From: an uncultured Solirubrobacteraceae bacterium | GTDB taxonomy: Bacteria; Actinomycetota; Thermoleophilia; Solirubrobacterales; Solirubrobacteraceae | Direction of reading: 5' to 3' | NCBI GenBank assembly: GCA_964588985.1 | Contig: CAZPQW010000004.1 | Span: forward strand, 1 to 64,000 | DNA length: 64,000 bases | In this document: piece by piece, positions 9,040 through 18,306 of the stretch | How positions within the stretch are numbered: the first letter of the stretch is position 1 | Layout: each line of letters starts with the position of its first letter | The notes under the pieces: model-generated | Told to the model about the DNA's origin: nothing | Databases searched by the model: none | What the model saw: only the letters and a program-made list of their open reading frames with translations | Position numbers and translations under genes: made by a program

Positions 9040-10260
9040 ATGCGCCCGACCTCGAGACAGCCGCTGATCGTCGCGCTGGCGGCGCTGGCGCCGGTGCTGC
9101 TCGTCGTGGGCCTGTGGCTGGGCGGGCATCCGAAATACCTGCCGGGGTTCGTGCGCGACGTGTTCGTCGCGAACCACCAGACGCTGGTGGTGGACGAAGC
9201 GGTCGAGCGCATCGAGCGCGACTACTACCGGCCGATCTCCGCGGGCCAGCTGTCGAGCTCGTCGATCTCGGGGATGGTGTCGAGCCTGGGCGATCGCTTC
9301 TCGCACTACCTATCGCCGAAGGAATACGGCGAATTCACCAGCCCGCCGCACTTCACGGGGATCGGCGTGGACGTGAACCCGACGCTCGTCCACGCGCGCG
9401 CTCTGCTGATCGGGCGCGTGTTCAACTCCTCACCCGCCGCCCACGCGGGCCTGCAGTCCGGCGAACTGATCGTGGGGGTCAACGGTCACAAGCTCGAGGG
9501 CCTCTCGACCGACGCGGCGACGGCGTTGATCAGGGGGCAGCCGGGGACCGACGTGAAGCTCGAAGTCGAACGGCCGCCGGCCTCGCATACCGCCACCAGA
9601 GGGAAGCTGCGCACGGTCAAAATCACGCGCGCGGTGGTGTCCGAGCCGGTGGTGGCGTCGGCGAGCAAGACGGTGCGCGGCGTGAAGCTGGGGATCGTGG
9701 AGCTCGCGACGTTCAGCCCGGGAGCGCACGGGGAAGTGCGCGAAGCGGTGGAACACGAACTGCACCACGGCGCGCGCGGTCTCGTGTTCGACCTGCGTGG
9801 CAACGGCGGCGGTCTCGTGGCGGAGGCGCAGCTGATCGCGAGCATCTTCATCCCGAAGGGCAAGCTGATCGTGACCACGCGCGGGCGCACGCAGCCGACG
9901 ACTGTTCTCACGGCCACAGGCGGCGCGATCTCGGGGTCGATACCGATGGTGGTGCTGGTGGACTCGAACACGGCGTCGGCCGCGGAGATCGTGACGGCGG
10001 CGCTGCAGGACCATCGTCGCGCGACGGTGGTGGGAACGCACACGTTCGGCAAGGGCGTCTTCCAGGAGGAGCAGGGGCTCTCCAACGGCGGGGCCCTGGA
10101 CATCACCGTGGGCGAGTACTTCACCCCCAACGGACGCAACCTGGGGGGCGGCGGCGTGAAGCAGGGCGCGGGCATCACCCCCGAAGTGAAGGTGAGCGAT
10201 GTGGACACGAATCATGGTCTTGAAGTGGCGCTGAGCACGCTGGCGGCGAAGGTCAGGTGA
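9040..10260 (+). CDS. S41 family C-terminal processing (tail-specific) protease with PDZ domain
   Basis: DLRGNGGG, TASAAEI, TFGKG motifs; N-terminal TM; PDZ-like FTGIGV. Confidence 0.93.
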   Translation: MRPTSRQPLIVALAALAPVLLVVGLWLGGHPKYLPGFVRDVFVANHQTLVVDEAVERIERDYYRPISAGQLSSSSISGMVSSLGDRFSHYLSPKEYGEFTSPPHFTGIGVDVNPTLVHARALLIGRVFNSSPAAHAGLQSGELIVGVNGHKLEGLSTDAATALIRGQPGTDVKLEVERPPASHTATRGKLRTVKITRAVVSEPVVASASKTVRGVKLGIVELATFSPGAHGEVREAVEHELHHGARGLVFDLRGNGGGLVAEAQLIASIFIPKGKLIVTTRGRTQPTTVLTATGGAISGSIPMVVLVDSNTASAAEIVTAALQDHRRATVVGTHTFGKGVFQEEQGLSNGGALDITVGEYFTPNGRNLGGGGVKQGAGITPEVKVSDVDTNHGLEVALSTLAAKVR

Positions 10261-12284
10261 GCGGCTCCGACCGGCGTCGGCCGGGTGGGGCGACCGCGCC
10301 GCACGGTCCGCCGCCGGCGAACGCGGTGGTGGCGGTGCTCGAGCGACGCGGGCGCTTCCTGATCGCCGAGCCGCTGTTCCCGCCGCGCGTGGCGCCGTCG
10401 GACTCGCGGCCGCGACACGGGGGCTCGACGCAGATGACGATCGGCTCGCCGGGGTCCGGCCGCGGCGCGGCCTCCAGTGCGCGAGCGGGCGACATCGTGC
10501 TCGTGCAGCCAGGGGGCCGCGGGTCGAGCAACCGCGGTGCGGGCGGGCGCGGAGCGGGGGCGCGGATCGTGCGGGTGATCGGGCGACCGGACGTGGCACG
10601 CGACGTGATCGAGGCGCTGATGCTTGACCGGGGTCTCTCGCGCGCGTTCGACCCGGCGGTGGAACGCGAGGCGCGCGCGGCGGGCGAGAGCGCGAGGCGC
10701 AAAGAGCTGAACAGGCGTGACCTGCGCGATCTGCCGACGTTCACGATCGACCCGGTCACGGCACGGGACTTCGACGACGCGATCTCCGCGGAAGCGGTCG
10801 ACGCGGAGACGACGCGGGTGTGGGTGCACATCGCGGACGTGGCGGCACACGTGCCGGAGGGGTCGCCGCTGGATCGCGAGGCGCGCAGGCGCACGACGAG
10901 CACGTATGCGCCCGGGGCGGTCGAGCCGATGCTGCCGCACGCGCTGTCGAGCGACGCGTGCTCGCTGATGCCGGGCGTGGACCGTCTGGCGGTGACGGTG
11001 GAGATGGAGCTGCGCGGCGCGGAGGTGGTGCGTGCGGCCTTCTGCCGCTCGCTGATCCGCTCGGATGCGCGGCTGGACTACGACCGCGTGGACCGCATCT
11101 TCGCGGGCGGCGAGTCGGCGGCCGAGCCCTGGGGGGAGCCGCTGCGCGCGGCGCGTGCGGTGGCGGCGCAGCTGCAGGCCAAGCGCGAGCGCAGCGGCGC
11201 GCTGGTGGTCGAATCGGAGGAGCCGGAGTTCTCGTTCGACGAGCACGGCAACGTGAGCGAGATCAAAGCGCAGGTGCAGACGGAGTCCCATCGGCTGATC
11301 GAGCACCTGATGATCGCGGCGAACGAGGCGGTGGCGGGCCTGCTTGCGCAGCGCGGGGTGCCGTGCCTGTATCGCGTGCACGAGCGCCCGCAGCCGGAGC
11401 GCATCGAGCGGCTGGCCGACCAGCTCGCGTCGCTGGAGATCCCCACGCCCGCGCTACCGGAGCACATGACCTCATTGCGGGCGGCGGCGCTGGTGGGGGA
11501 GATGTCGAGGCGGGTGGACGAGCATGTGCGGCGCACCGGCAGCGGGCGCCTTGCGTTGAACTCGCTGGTGCTGCGCTCGCTCAAGCAGGCGTACTACTCG
11601 CCGACGAACCTCGGGCACGCGGGGCTGCACTCGGAGACCTACTGCCACTTCACCTCGCCGATTCGCCGCTACCCCGATCTGGTGTGCCACCGCGCGCTGC
11701 TATCCGCGGTGGGGGGCGGCGAGCGCGAGCCCCGCGCCGGCGAGCTGATGGAGCTGGGCGTGTGGTGCTCCGAACGCGAGCGTGACGCGATGGTGCTGGA
11801 GCGAGACTCAGACGACGTGGCGCGCTGCTTCGCACTGCAGCGGCTGCTTTACGAGGAGGGCTCCGAGCAGGTGTTCGCGGGGGAGATCACCGGGCTGATC
11901 TCAGCGGGCGCGTTCATCGCGTTCGGGCCATCAGATACCGAGAGCGGGGAGGAGGCGACGGCGCCGATATACGAGGGCATGCTCCCCGTGCGGCACATGC
12001 GCTTCCCCGCCCCCGAGGATGCCGGCGCGAGCAAGGGTGCTTCACCGCAGCGAGCCGCGGCGGCTCGCAAGCCCGCGGGCGGAGGCCGCCACGGAGCGGG
12101 CAGGCGCGGAGGCAGGCCAGCGGAGCGCGAGGCGCCGCGCGAGTGGTGGGAGCTCAACGAACAGGGCACGGTTCTCCACGGCGAGCGCACCGGCTCGACG
12201 CTGCGGCTGGCCGACCGGATCGAGGTGCGCGTGGCGCGCGTGGACTGCATCCGCGGCCGGGTGGACCTGCTGCCGGCAGGCTAG
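10257..12284 (+). CDS. rnr: Ribonuclease R / RNB family exoribonuclease
   Basis: TIDPVTARDFDDA catalytic motif; HFTSPIRRYPDL; C-terminal S1-like region; adjacent to smpB. Confidence 0.88.
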   Translation: MSGSDRRRPGGATAPHGPPPANAVVAVLERRGRFLIAEPLFPPRVAPSDSRPRHGGSTQMTIGSPGSGRGAASSARAGDIVLVQPGGRGSSNRGAGGRGAGARIVRVIGRPDVARDVIEALMLDRGLSRAFDPAVEREARAAGESARRKELNRRDLRDLPTFTIDPVTARDFDDAISAEAVDAETTRVWVHIADVAAHVPEGSPLDREARRRTTSTYAPGAVEPMLPHALSSDACSLMPGVDRLAVTVEMELRGAEVVRAAFCRSLIRSDARLDYDRVDRIFAGGESAAEPWGEPLRAARAVAAQLQAKRERSGALVVESEEPEFSFDEHGNVSEIKAQVQTESHRLIEHLMIAANEAVAGLLAQRGVPCLYRVHERPQPERIERLADQLASLEIPTPALPEHMTSLRAAALVGEMSRRVDEHVRRTGSGRLALNSLVLRSLKQAYYSPTNLGHAGLHSETYCHFTSPIRRYPDLVCHRALLSAVGGGEREPRAGELMELGVWCSERERDAMVLERDSDDVARCFALQRLLYEEGSEQVFAGEITGLISAGAFIAFGPSDTESGEEATAPIYEGMLPVRHMRFPAPEDAGASKGASPQRAAAARKPAGGGRHGAGRRGGRPAEREAPREWWELNEQGTVLHGERTGSTLRLADRIEVRVARVDCIRGRVDLLPAG

Positions 12285-12293
12285 GCTCGAGAG

Positions 12294-12776
12294 ATGGCAA
12301 AGGGCAAGGGCAAGCGCAAGATCGGCGCGGGGGACGTGGCGTCCAACCGCTACGCGTCGCACCGCTACGAGCTGATCGAGCGGCTGGAGTGCGGGATCGT
12401 GCTGGAGGGCACGGAGGTGAAGGCTCTGCGCACGACGGGCGCGCAGCTGAAGGACGGCTACGCGGCGATCCACGAGGGCGAGCTGTTCCTGCACTCGGTG
12501 CACATCCCGCCGTATGCCCCCGCGTCGCGCGAAAACCACGACCCCGAGCGCACGCGCAAGCTGCTGCTGCACCGCCGTGAGTTGGAGCGCATCGCGGCGC
12601 GCGCGAAGGAGCGCGGCCTGACGCTGGTGCCGACGCGCATGTACTTCTCGGGCGCGAACGCGAAGGTGGAGATCGCGCTGGCGAAGGGGAAGGACCTGTA
12701 CGACAAGCGCCAGACGCTGCGCGAGAAGGACACCAAGCGCGACATGGAACGTGGGCTGCGCGAAGCGAGGCGCTGA
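12294..12776 (+). CDS. smpB: SsrA-binding protein
   Basis: GIVLEGTEVKALR, RTRKLLLH, GKDLYDKR. Confidence 0.97.
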   Translation: MAKGKGKRKIGAGDVASNRYASHRYELIERLECGIVLEGTEVKALRTTGAQLKDGYAAIHEGELFLHSVHIPPYAPASRENHDPERTRKLLLHRRELERIAARAKERGLTLVPTRMYFSGANAKVEIALAKGKDLYDKRQTLREKDTKRDMERGLREARR

Positions 12777-12795
12777 GGGTCGGACGCGGCCCGCT

Positions 12796-13728
12796 CTACA
12801 GGTGCCCGAAGCCGTGGCCGCCTGAGCTGAGGATGTGCGTCTCGCTCATCCCGAGCACCAGCAGCACGATGAGGCCGATGTAGACGCTCCCCACGAGCAG
12901 GCGGTTGCGGGGCGAGACGCGGTAGTAGGCGGCCTGCTCGAGCGAGCGTGTACTCCTTGCCTTCCATCGCCGCCAGGTCTCCATCCCGCCGAAGAGGACG
13001 ATGATGAAGATGATCGGGTTGGGAAAGACGAGCGCGAGCGCGACCAGTGCGCCGAAGCCGAGGAACCACATCCAGGGCGCCATCGCGGCCATCGCGCGAC
13101 CTCCGTCGAGCGGCACGACGGGCAGCAGGTTGAAGAGGTTGAGGAAGAAGCCGACATAGGCGAGCGCGCGAAGCAGGTCGCTGTTGATGGCCTCGCCTAC
13201 GCCCCAGCAGACGGCCGCTCCGGCGGTACCGAGGATCGGCCCTGCGAGCCCCACACGGGCCTCGGCGAGGGCGTTCTCGCCGAGCGACTTGGAGAAGATG
13301 GCGGCGCCCATGAACGGGATGAACATCGGCGCGCTCGCCTTGATCCCCTCACGGCGCAGCTGCAGGACGTGCCCCATCTCGTGCACGAACAGCAGTACGA
13401 CGAACCCCAGCGCGAACGTCCAGCCCCAGAACAGCGAGTACGCGGCGACGGACACGAGCGCGGTGCCGGCTGTGGACAGCAGCTTGATCTTGGGTAGAAA
13501 CAACAGGCCGGTCTTGATGGCGGCGAAGAACTTCGCGAACAGCGCGCCTACGGCGGCGAGTCCGCTGGCGATGCGGCTGCGCAGGTTCCCGCCGCGGGGA
13601 CCCGGCCGCTCCCCGAAGGGGTTCTCCTCGGCGTGGCTCGGATACGCGCCTGGCGCGAGGGGACCCGCGGGAGGCAGCGCTGGGACTGCGGTTACGGGCG
13701 CGGACAGGGAGAACTCGCTGTTGTCCAT
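12796..13728 (-). CDS. Site-2 protease (M50) family membrane metalloprotease
   Basis: HEMGH, LAGP, FNLLPVVPLDGG. Confidence 0.93.
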   Translation of the reverse strand: MDNSEFSLSAPVTAVPALPPAGPLAPGAYPSHAEENPFGERPGPRGGNLRSRIASGLAAVGALFAKFFAAIKTGLLFLPKIKLLSTAGTALVSVAAYSLFWGWTFALGFVVLLFVHEMGHVLQLRREGIKASAPMFIPFMGAAIFSKSLGENALAEARVGLAGPILGTAGAAVCWGVGEAINSDLLRALAYVGFFLNLFNLLPVVPLDGGRAMAAMAPWMWFLGFGALVALALVFPNPIIFIIVLFGGMETWRRWKARSTRSLEQAAYYRVSPRNRLLVGSVYIGLIVLLVLGMSETHILSSGGHGFGHL

Positions 13729-13859
13729 GCACCCATTGTGGCACCGTCGATAAGCGTTCCCTAACGGGTCTGGATCTCAGCTTGCAGACAATCGAGATCA
13801 GCGCTCTGGAGGGCGCTGAGATTTCCTCGGAAGATGCGGGAACGATGCTCGCGGAGGGG

Positions 13860-13888
13860 TTGCAAAGGGAGGGGCTGCGAGCTACTTT
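13860..13888 (+). promoter_or_regulatory. Sigma70-type promoter of the candidate small RNA
   Basis: TTGCAA (13860-13865), 17 nt spacer, TACTTT (13883-13888). Confidence 0.7.
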
Positions 13889-13895
13889 GAATCCA

Positions 13896-14017
13896 GACGC
13901 GGAACGAGTCGCAAAGAGCGAGGCCACCGAGGTGTGAGGCCGCGCCACCTACGAAGAAGGGCTTTCGGGCCCGACCGAGCGGGTTCCTCAAGCGGCCCGG
14001 TCCGCGTCGTTTTTTTT
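13896..14017 (+). ncRNA. Candidate structured small RNA of unknown class
   Basis: Starts 7 nt after the -10; 5' and 3' ends pair over 17 positions with 2 mismatches; internal UUCG hairpin; ends in T8 tract; no credible ORF. Confidence 0.62.
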
Positions 14018-14101
14018 GTTCGCGACCGCCGTCTTCTCGCGGACTCTCCGCAGCCGGCAGACTGCGCGGCGGCGCTACACTGGAAGCGCAGTAACACTCA
14101 C

Positions 14102-14461
14102 GGGGACGACAGGCTTCGACGTGGTCGGCTCGTGTGGGTGGTTGCGAGTCGAGGTTCCGGGCGGCCTCGTAAAACACCCGGAAAACCATAAGTGCGGACT
14201 CTCACGAGTACGCCCTCGCTGCTTAGCTAACACTAGGTGAGTGAGGTCTCGGGCCCCGCTTGCCTGCGGCGGGGAAGGCCGGGATCAGAAAGCAGGCTCA
14301 CCCGGTGAGGTCCGCCTCCGCCAATCCGGGGAAATTCAGGAGGCTGGTCCCCCACAACCCCGCCGGCGAGGCGAGTGGGGGATGAGACCAGAGCGCCGGC
14401 TACGCTCGTAGACGCCATTCTCACGCGATCACGGACGTGGGTTCGATTCCCACCGTCTCCA
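14102..14461 (+). ncRNA. ssrA: tmRNA; tag reading frame 14194-14226 encodes (A)ADSHEYALAA
   Basis: Acceptor stem GGGGACG/CGTCTCC-A with G3-U70; T-arm GTGGGTTCGATTCCCAC; tag ending YALAA-stop; near smpB; -10-like TACACT at 14076-14081; CCA not encoded. Confidence 0.97.
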
Positions 14462-15964
14462 CTTCGGACATAGTGCATCACCGCCACAGCCCGGAAACGG
14501 GCATGGCCCAGATGCGGTCAGAGATCGGCAGGGTGTGCTCTCCCGAGTAGACGATGATGCCGGCCTTGAAGCGCGCGCCAAGCTTGTCCCGCAATAGGCG
14601 GAGCCCGCGTGCGTCTGAGGCGGTGGCGGTTGCTGCGGCCTTCGACTCGATCCCTACGATGTCGCCGGATGCGGACTCGATGACGAGATCGACCTCACGC
14701 TTGTCGGTGTCGCGGTAGAAGAACAGCTCGACGGGGGTGGTGCTCCATGTTGTGTGCTTGACGAACTCCATGAGTACGAACGTCTCGAACAACATCCCCG
14801 CAATCGCGCCTTGATCGGGCGCGCAGTAGCGGGCTGTGTCGACGCCGATGAGCGCGGCGGCCATGCCCGTGTCGGTCAGTAGCAGCTTGGGTGTCTTGAC
14901 TTGTCGGGAGCCCAGGTTGGTGGAGAACGGGCGCAGTGTGTAGAGAAGGAACAGCTGTCGCAGTAGTTCTGCGTGCGCCTTGACCGTCTTGTCATCGAGT
15001 GAGAGTTCGCGTCCGAGGGCCGCGTAGTTGACCATGCCGCTCGTGCGGGCAGCGAGCAGTCGCAGCAGTTGCTCGAGTATTGCCGGGTCGATCCGTACCT
15101 CGCCGATCTCGGGTAGGTCACGGCCGAAGATCGTTTGCACGTATGAGCTGAAGTAGCGTGCGCGTTGGCGCGGGGCGCGGGTGCGCGCGTCTGGGAAGCC
15201 GCCCGCGAGCACGGTCTCTGCGCTCGCCATGCGACCCTTCGGTGCGCCGTTGATCTGCGGTGGAGTTCCGTCGAGTAGCTCGTCGATGACGGATGTGCGT
15301 CGGCCTGCGATCTCGGCTTGGGATAGGGGCCAGAGATTCACGTACTCCACGCGGCCTGGAAGTGCGTCCGCGACGACTCTGGCCGTGATCAGATCAGCTG
15401 AGCCCGTGAGCAGGAACTGGCCGGGGGTCTGATCGTGATCGAGGATCTGCTTAATGGCGAGCATCAGCTCCGGTGCCCGCTGTATCTCGTCGATCACCGC
15501 TGGACGTGCGAGCGACAGCGCGAACCCATCTGGATCGGCACGGGCGGCGGTGCGTAGCGCCTCGTCGTCGAGGCTGAAGTAGTGGGGGACGATCCCTGCC
15601 GCCTGTAGCTGTTTGGCGAGCGTGCTCTTGCCCGCCTGCCGCGGACCGATGATCGCCGCCGCGCGACTCACGCTGAGAACGTCGCGCAACTCAGGTTCGA
15701 TCGCGCGAGCAATCAACGCCACGAGTTCATCTCCCAGCCAGCCGGCCCGATCGCATCGGAATAGTGTATCCGACCAATCCGGAGTAGGCAGGCCGACGAA
15801 ATCGGATCAGAGTGCCCCGACCGGCCGCATGGATCGCGTTGAGTCCGGTTAGGGCGACGTACGCACAGCGTACGCAAACCGATTCGACACGACGCCGCAA
15901 TCCGGCATTCCAGAGCCAGTTCTCCGCCAGGATTTCGCACCTGTCGAACCCGCCGTCTCCACTT
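14453..15964 (+). mobile_element. Integration-scar island bounded by direct repeats of the ssrA 3' end (no integrase)
   Basis: CCGTCTCCACTT at 14453-14464 and 15953-15964, with further imperfect similarity upstream; CGTACGCA tandem at 15858-15865 and 15869-15876. Confidence 0.65.
14478..15722 (-). CDS. AAA+ ATPase with DUF4143-type nuclease-like C-terminal domain
   Basis: GPRQAGKS Walker A; IDEIQ Walker B; LTGS; PKLLLTDTG; YRD...EVD...GIESK. Confidence 0.9.
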   Translation of the reverse strand: MALIARAIEPELRDVLSVSRAAAIIGPRQAGKSTLAKQLQAAGIVPHYFSLDDEALRTAARADPDGFALSLARPAVIDEIQRAPELMLAIKQILDHDQTPGQFLLTGSADLITARVVADALPGRVEYVNLWPLSQAEIAGRRTSVIDELLDGTPPQINGAPKGRMASAETVLAGGFPDARTRAPRQRARYFSSYVQTIFGRDLPEIGEVRIDPAILEQLLRLLAARTSGMVNYAALGRELSLDDKTVKAHAELLRQLFLLYTLRPFSTNLGSRQVKTPKLLLTDTGMAAALIGVDTARYCAPDQGAIAGMLFETFVLMEFVKHTTWSTTPVELFFYRDTDKREVDLVIESASGDIVGIESKAAATATASDARGLRLLRDKLGARFKAGIIVYSGEHTLPISDRIWAMPVSGLWR

Positions 15965-16229
15965 TTTGGACGTTGCGCAAACCCCTGGCGTGACGATGCG
16001 GTGGGTCGGCTGGATGTCGGCCTACTGTTGACACGAAGCTCGGCGATGTCGAATCGCGCGATCAGAGCAGGATGAGGATCTTCGTCTTGGGGCCTCCGCT
16101 CTACATCAGCATCGGCGTCTGCACGATTGCGCGGTTTGCACAATCCATGGCGCTCTGTTCAGCGGCCGGCTGATCTTGGAGTTGCATGGCGGCTGTCCAG
16201 TGCCGTTCCAGCGGCGATACCGTATGGGC

Positions 16230-16541
16230 ATGTTCGATGAGGCGGTCATAGCTGAGGCCGCGCGGCGTCTGTCTGCTGCGGCGCCGGATGCGCAGGTGAT
16301 CCTGTTCGGCTCGCACGCCCGTGGCGATGCCGGCCGCGGCAGCGACCTCGACTTCTTGGTGGTCGAGCCCGCGGTTGAGGATGTGGTGGCTGAGTCGGTG
16401 CGCTTGCGCCGGACGCTGCGGGGGCTGGGCTTGTTTGCGGACATCGTGGTCGTCAGCGAGATGGAAGCGGAACAGTGGCGAGACGTGCATGGCAGCCTGA
16501 TCCACGAGGCGCTTTCAGACGGTCGTGCGATGGCGGCTTGA
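16230..16541 (+). CDS. Minimal nucleotidyltransferase (MNT antitoxin type)
   Basis: LFGSHARG...SDLDFLVV motif. Confidence 0.9.
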   Translation: MFDEAVIAEAARRLSAAAPDAQVILFGSHARGDAGRGSDLDFLVVEPAVEDVVAESVRLRRTLRGLGLFADIVVVSEMEAEQWRDVHGSLIHEALSDGRAMAA

Positions 16542-16756
16542 TGGCGCCGGGCGATCTCCCGCGTGTCCTGCTGGGTCTAGCACGAGACGATGACTTCGCG
16601 GCGAGGTCGTTGCTGCTGGTGGAGGGCGTGGCTGACGCGATCCCCGGCTTCCCGTATACGCACGACCTGGATGGTCTGATCGAGCTTTGTCGAGGGCGCG
16701 GCCTTGAGGTTCCAGATGCGCTTGAGGACGCCGACTACGCACAAACTAACGTATAG
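16541..16756 (+). pseudogene. Degenerate HEPN-domain gene
   Basis: Coupled to MNT (TGATG); keeps FPYTHDL but lacks the H-x-QQ-x-EK-x-K helix and the C-terminal RY region; only 71 codons. Confidence 0.68.
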
Positions 16757-16826
16757 ACGCGTTTTATCTAACATTTGGTCGCCAAGCGCCTTGCCATCTC
16801 GACACCTTCTCCGGCGCGAAAGGCTG

Positions 16827-16856
16827 CGTCATACATGCTATCTTCCTTGTATGACG
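16827..16856 (+). promoter_or_regulatory. Probable autoregulatory operator and extended -10 of the TA operon
   Basis: Perfect inverted repeat CGTCATACA-N12-TGTATGACG around TGCTATCTT, overlapping the ATG. Confidence 0.72.
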
Positions 16857-17102
16857 ATGCTTAGCTTTCGTGTCTCGGAGGTCGAGGCTGCTGAGGTTCA
16901 GCGCTGGGCGGAAGCGCTCGGAATGGAGCGCTCGGAGATCCTCCGCGACGCGCTTCACCGGCACCTTGTGGGTTTGAGCGGCGAGCACGACATCGAGGCT
17001 TGGCAAAGAGCGCCTCTCGCTGATTCTGAGCGCTCGCTCGAGGGGATCGCGGACTGGGGGCCGGCCGAGGATTGGGCTGAGTGGGGCGATGGAGCGAGGT
17101 GA
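16851..17102 (+). CDS. Ribbon-helix-helix (CopG-like) antitoxin
   Basis: MTMLSFRV...ERSEILRDAL; acidic tail; overlaps toxin start. Confidence 0.82.
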   Translation: MTMLSFRVSEVEAAEVQRWAEALGMERSEILRDALHRHLVGLSGEHDIEAWQRAPLADSERSLEGIADWGPAEDWAEWGDGAR

Positions 17103-17397
17103 GATCTGGTTCGCCGCGACGCCAGGTGGCGATCGCCCTGTGCTGGTGCTGACTCGTGATCCTGTTGCTGATCGCATTGGCTCCGTGGTTGTTGCTGCGC
17201 TAACCAGGACGCAACGCGGGCTGGTGTCGGAGCTGGAGTTGACGCCTGGCGAAGACGGAGTTCCAACACCGTGCGTCGTCAATTTCGACAACATCCACAC
17301 GGTGCCCCGCGCATCCTTCCGGCGTCGCGTAGCATCGTTGTCGAGGCCCCGTATGGGGCAGGCGTGTAGGACGCTGCGTGACGCGGTCGGCTGCTGA
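17089..17397 (+). CDS. MazF/PemK family endoribonuclease toxin
   Basis: RGEIW...RPVLVL...VVVAALT; 102 aa. Confidence 0.9.
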   Translation: MERGEIWFAATPGGDRPVLVLTRDPVADRIGSVVVAALTRTQRGLVSELELTPGEDGVPTPCVVNFDNIHTVPRASFRRRVASLSRPRMGQACRTLRDAVGC

Positions 17398-17591
17398 AGG
17401 GACGGACCGCTCCAGTCGGGAGTAGTCGTAGCACGTGCGCAGCCCCGGAGTCCCGTGACGCCCTCGGCGGCTGGGGCTTCTGGCGACTGCGGACGGAGAT
17501 GTATCGAGACGCACTGGAAGCTGAGAGACGCTTCGCTATGTGCACGCCCGTTTAAGCGCGCACTGCCGCAGCTTGCGGGACGAGCACGCGG

Positions 17592-18206
17592 TTAGTCGAA
17601 TGCGAGCCGAATCTTGGGATCGGCCTGCTGGGCGGCCATCAGCGAGGCGCCGAACGCCGCTAGCAGGAGATCGCGCAGCTTCTCGCGAGGCACGTCCTTC
17701 GAGCCGGCCCAGTCGAGGATCGCCGCGTCCATGTAGCCGAGCCACCCTCTGATCGCGATTCGCAGGGCCGGCCGCGGGGCCCGCCGTCCGATCAGCTCGC
17801 GCAGCAGCGTGTTCATCGTCTGCTGACGGAAGCTCTCGACCAGCTCACGCGCCTCCGGCAGAGTGGTCGCGCTTTGCATGAGCTTCGCCCAGACCCCCGA
17901 GTTCTGCTCGATCCACACCAGGTACGCGTCGATGCTCGCCGTGAGCTGGTCGAACGGCGTGCCGTCGTCACCCGGCTCGATCGCCGACCGCAGCTCCTGC
18001 GCCTTCGCGCTCACGGCCGCCTTGAAGAGGTCGATCTTGGAGGGGAAGTAGTGGTAGAGCAGCGCCTTCGAAACTCCCGCCGCCTCGGCTATCTCACGCA
18101 TCGAGCGCTCCTCGTAGGCGTGCTCGCTGAAGGCCACTGCGCCAGCATCGATCAGCTGTCGGCGGCGCTCGTCGACCTGCAGTCGGGTGTATGCCGGCTG
18201 GCTCAT
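17592..18206 (-). CDS. TetR/AcrR family regulator
   Basis: IAEAAGVSKALLYHYFPSK HTH. Confidence 0.93.
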   Translation of the reverse strand: MSQPAYTRLQVDERRRQLIDAGAVAFSEHAYEERSMREIAEAAGVSKALLYHYFPSKIDLFKAAVSAKAQELRSAIEPGDDGTPFDQLTASIDAYLVWIEQNSGVWAKLMQSATTLPEARELVESFRQQTMNTLLRELIGRRAPRPALRIAIRGWLGYMDAAILDWAGSKDVPREKLRDLLLAAFGASLMAAQQADPKIRLAFD

Positions 18207-18225
18207 GACAAGCAGTCTAGAGCAC

Positions 18226-18292
18226 TGTTGACCGGCGGTTGACAAGCTGCACGTATGTCGCTAGCGTGTTCCTTGTCAACCGACGGTCAACA
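18226..18292. promoter_or_regulatory. Two TetR-type operators flanking the promoter of the DUF2339 gene
   Basis: TGTTGACCGGCGGTTGACAAG (18226-18246) and CTTGTCAACCGACGGTCAACA (18272-18292) are inverted copies with 1 mismatch; TTGACA-N17-TAGCGT. Confidence 0.8.
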
Positions 18293-18306
18293 GGAGGCCG
18301 AAGATC

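Noticed and set aside
13761-14487. Several short ORFs on both strands
   Set aside because: They overlap the tmRNA and the candidate sRNA and have no recognisable protein motifs
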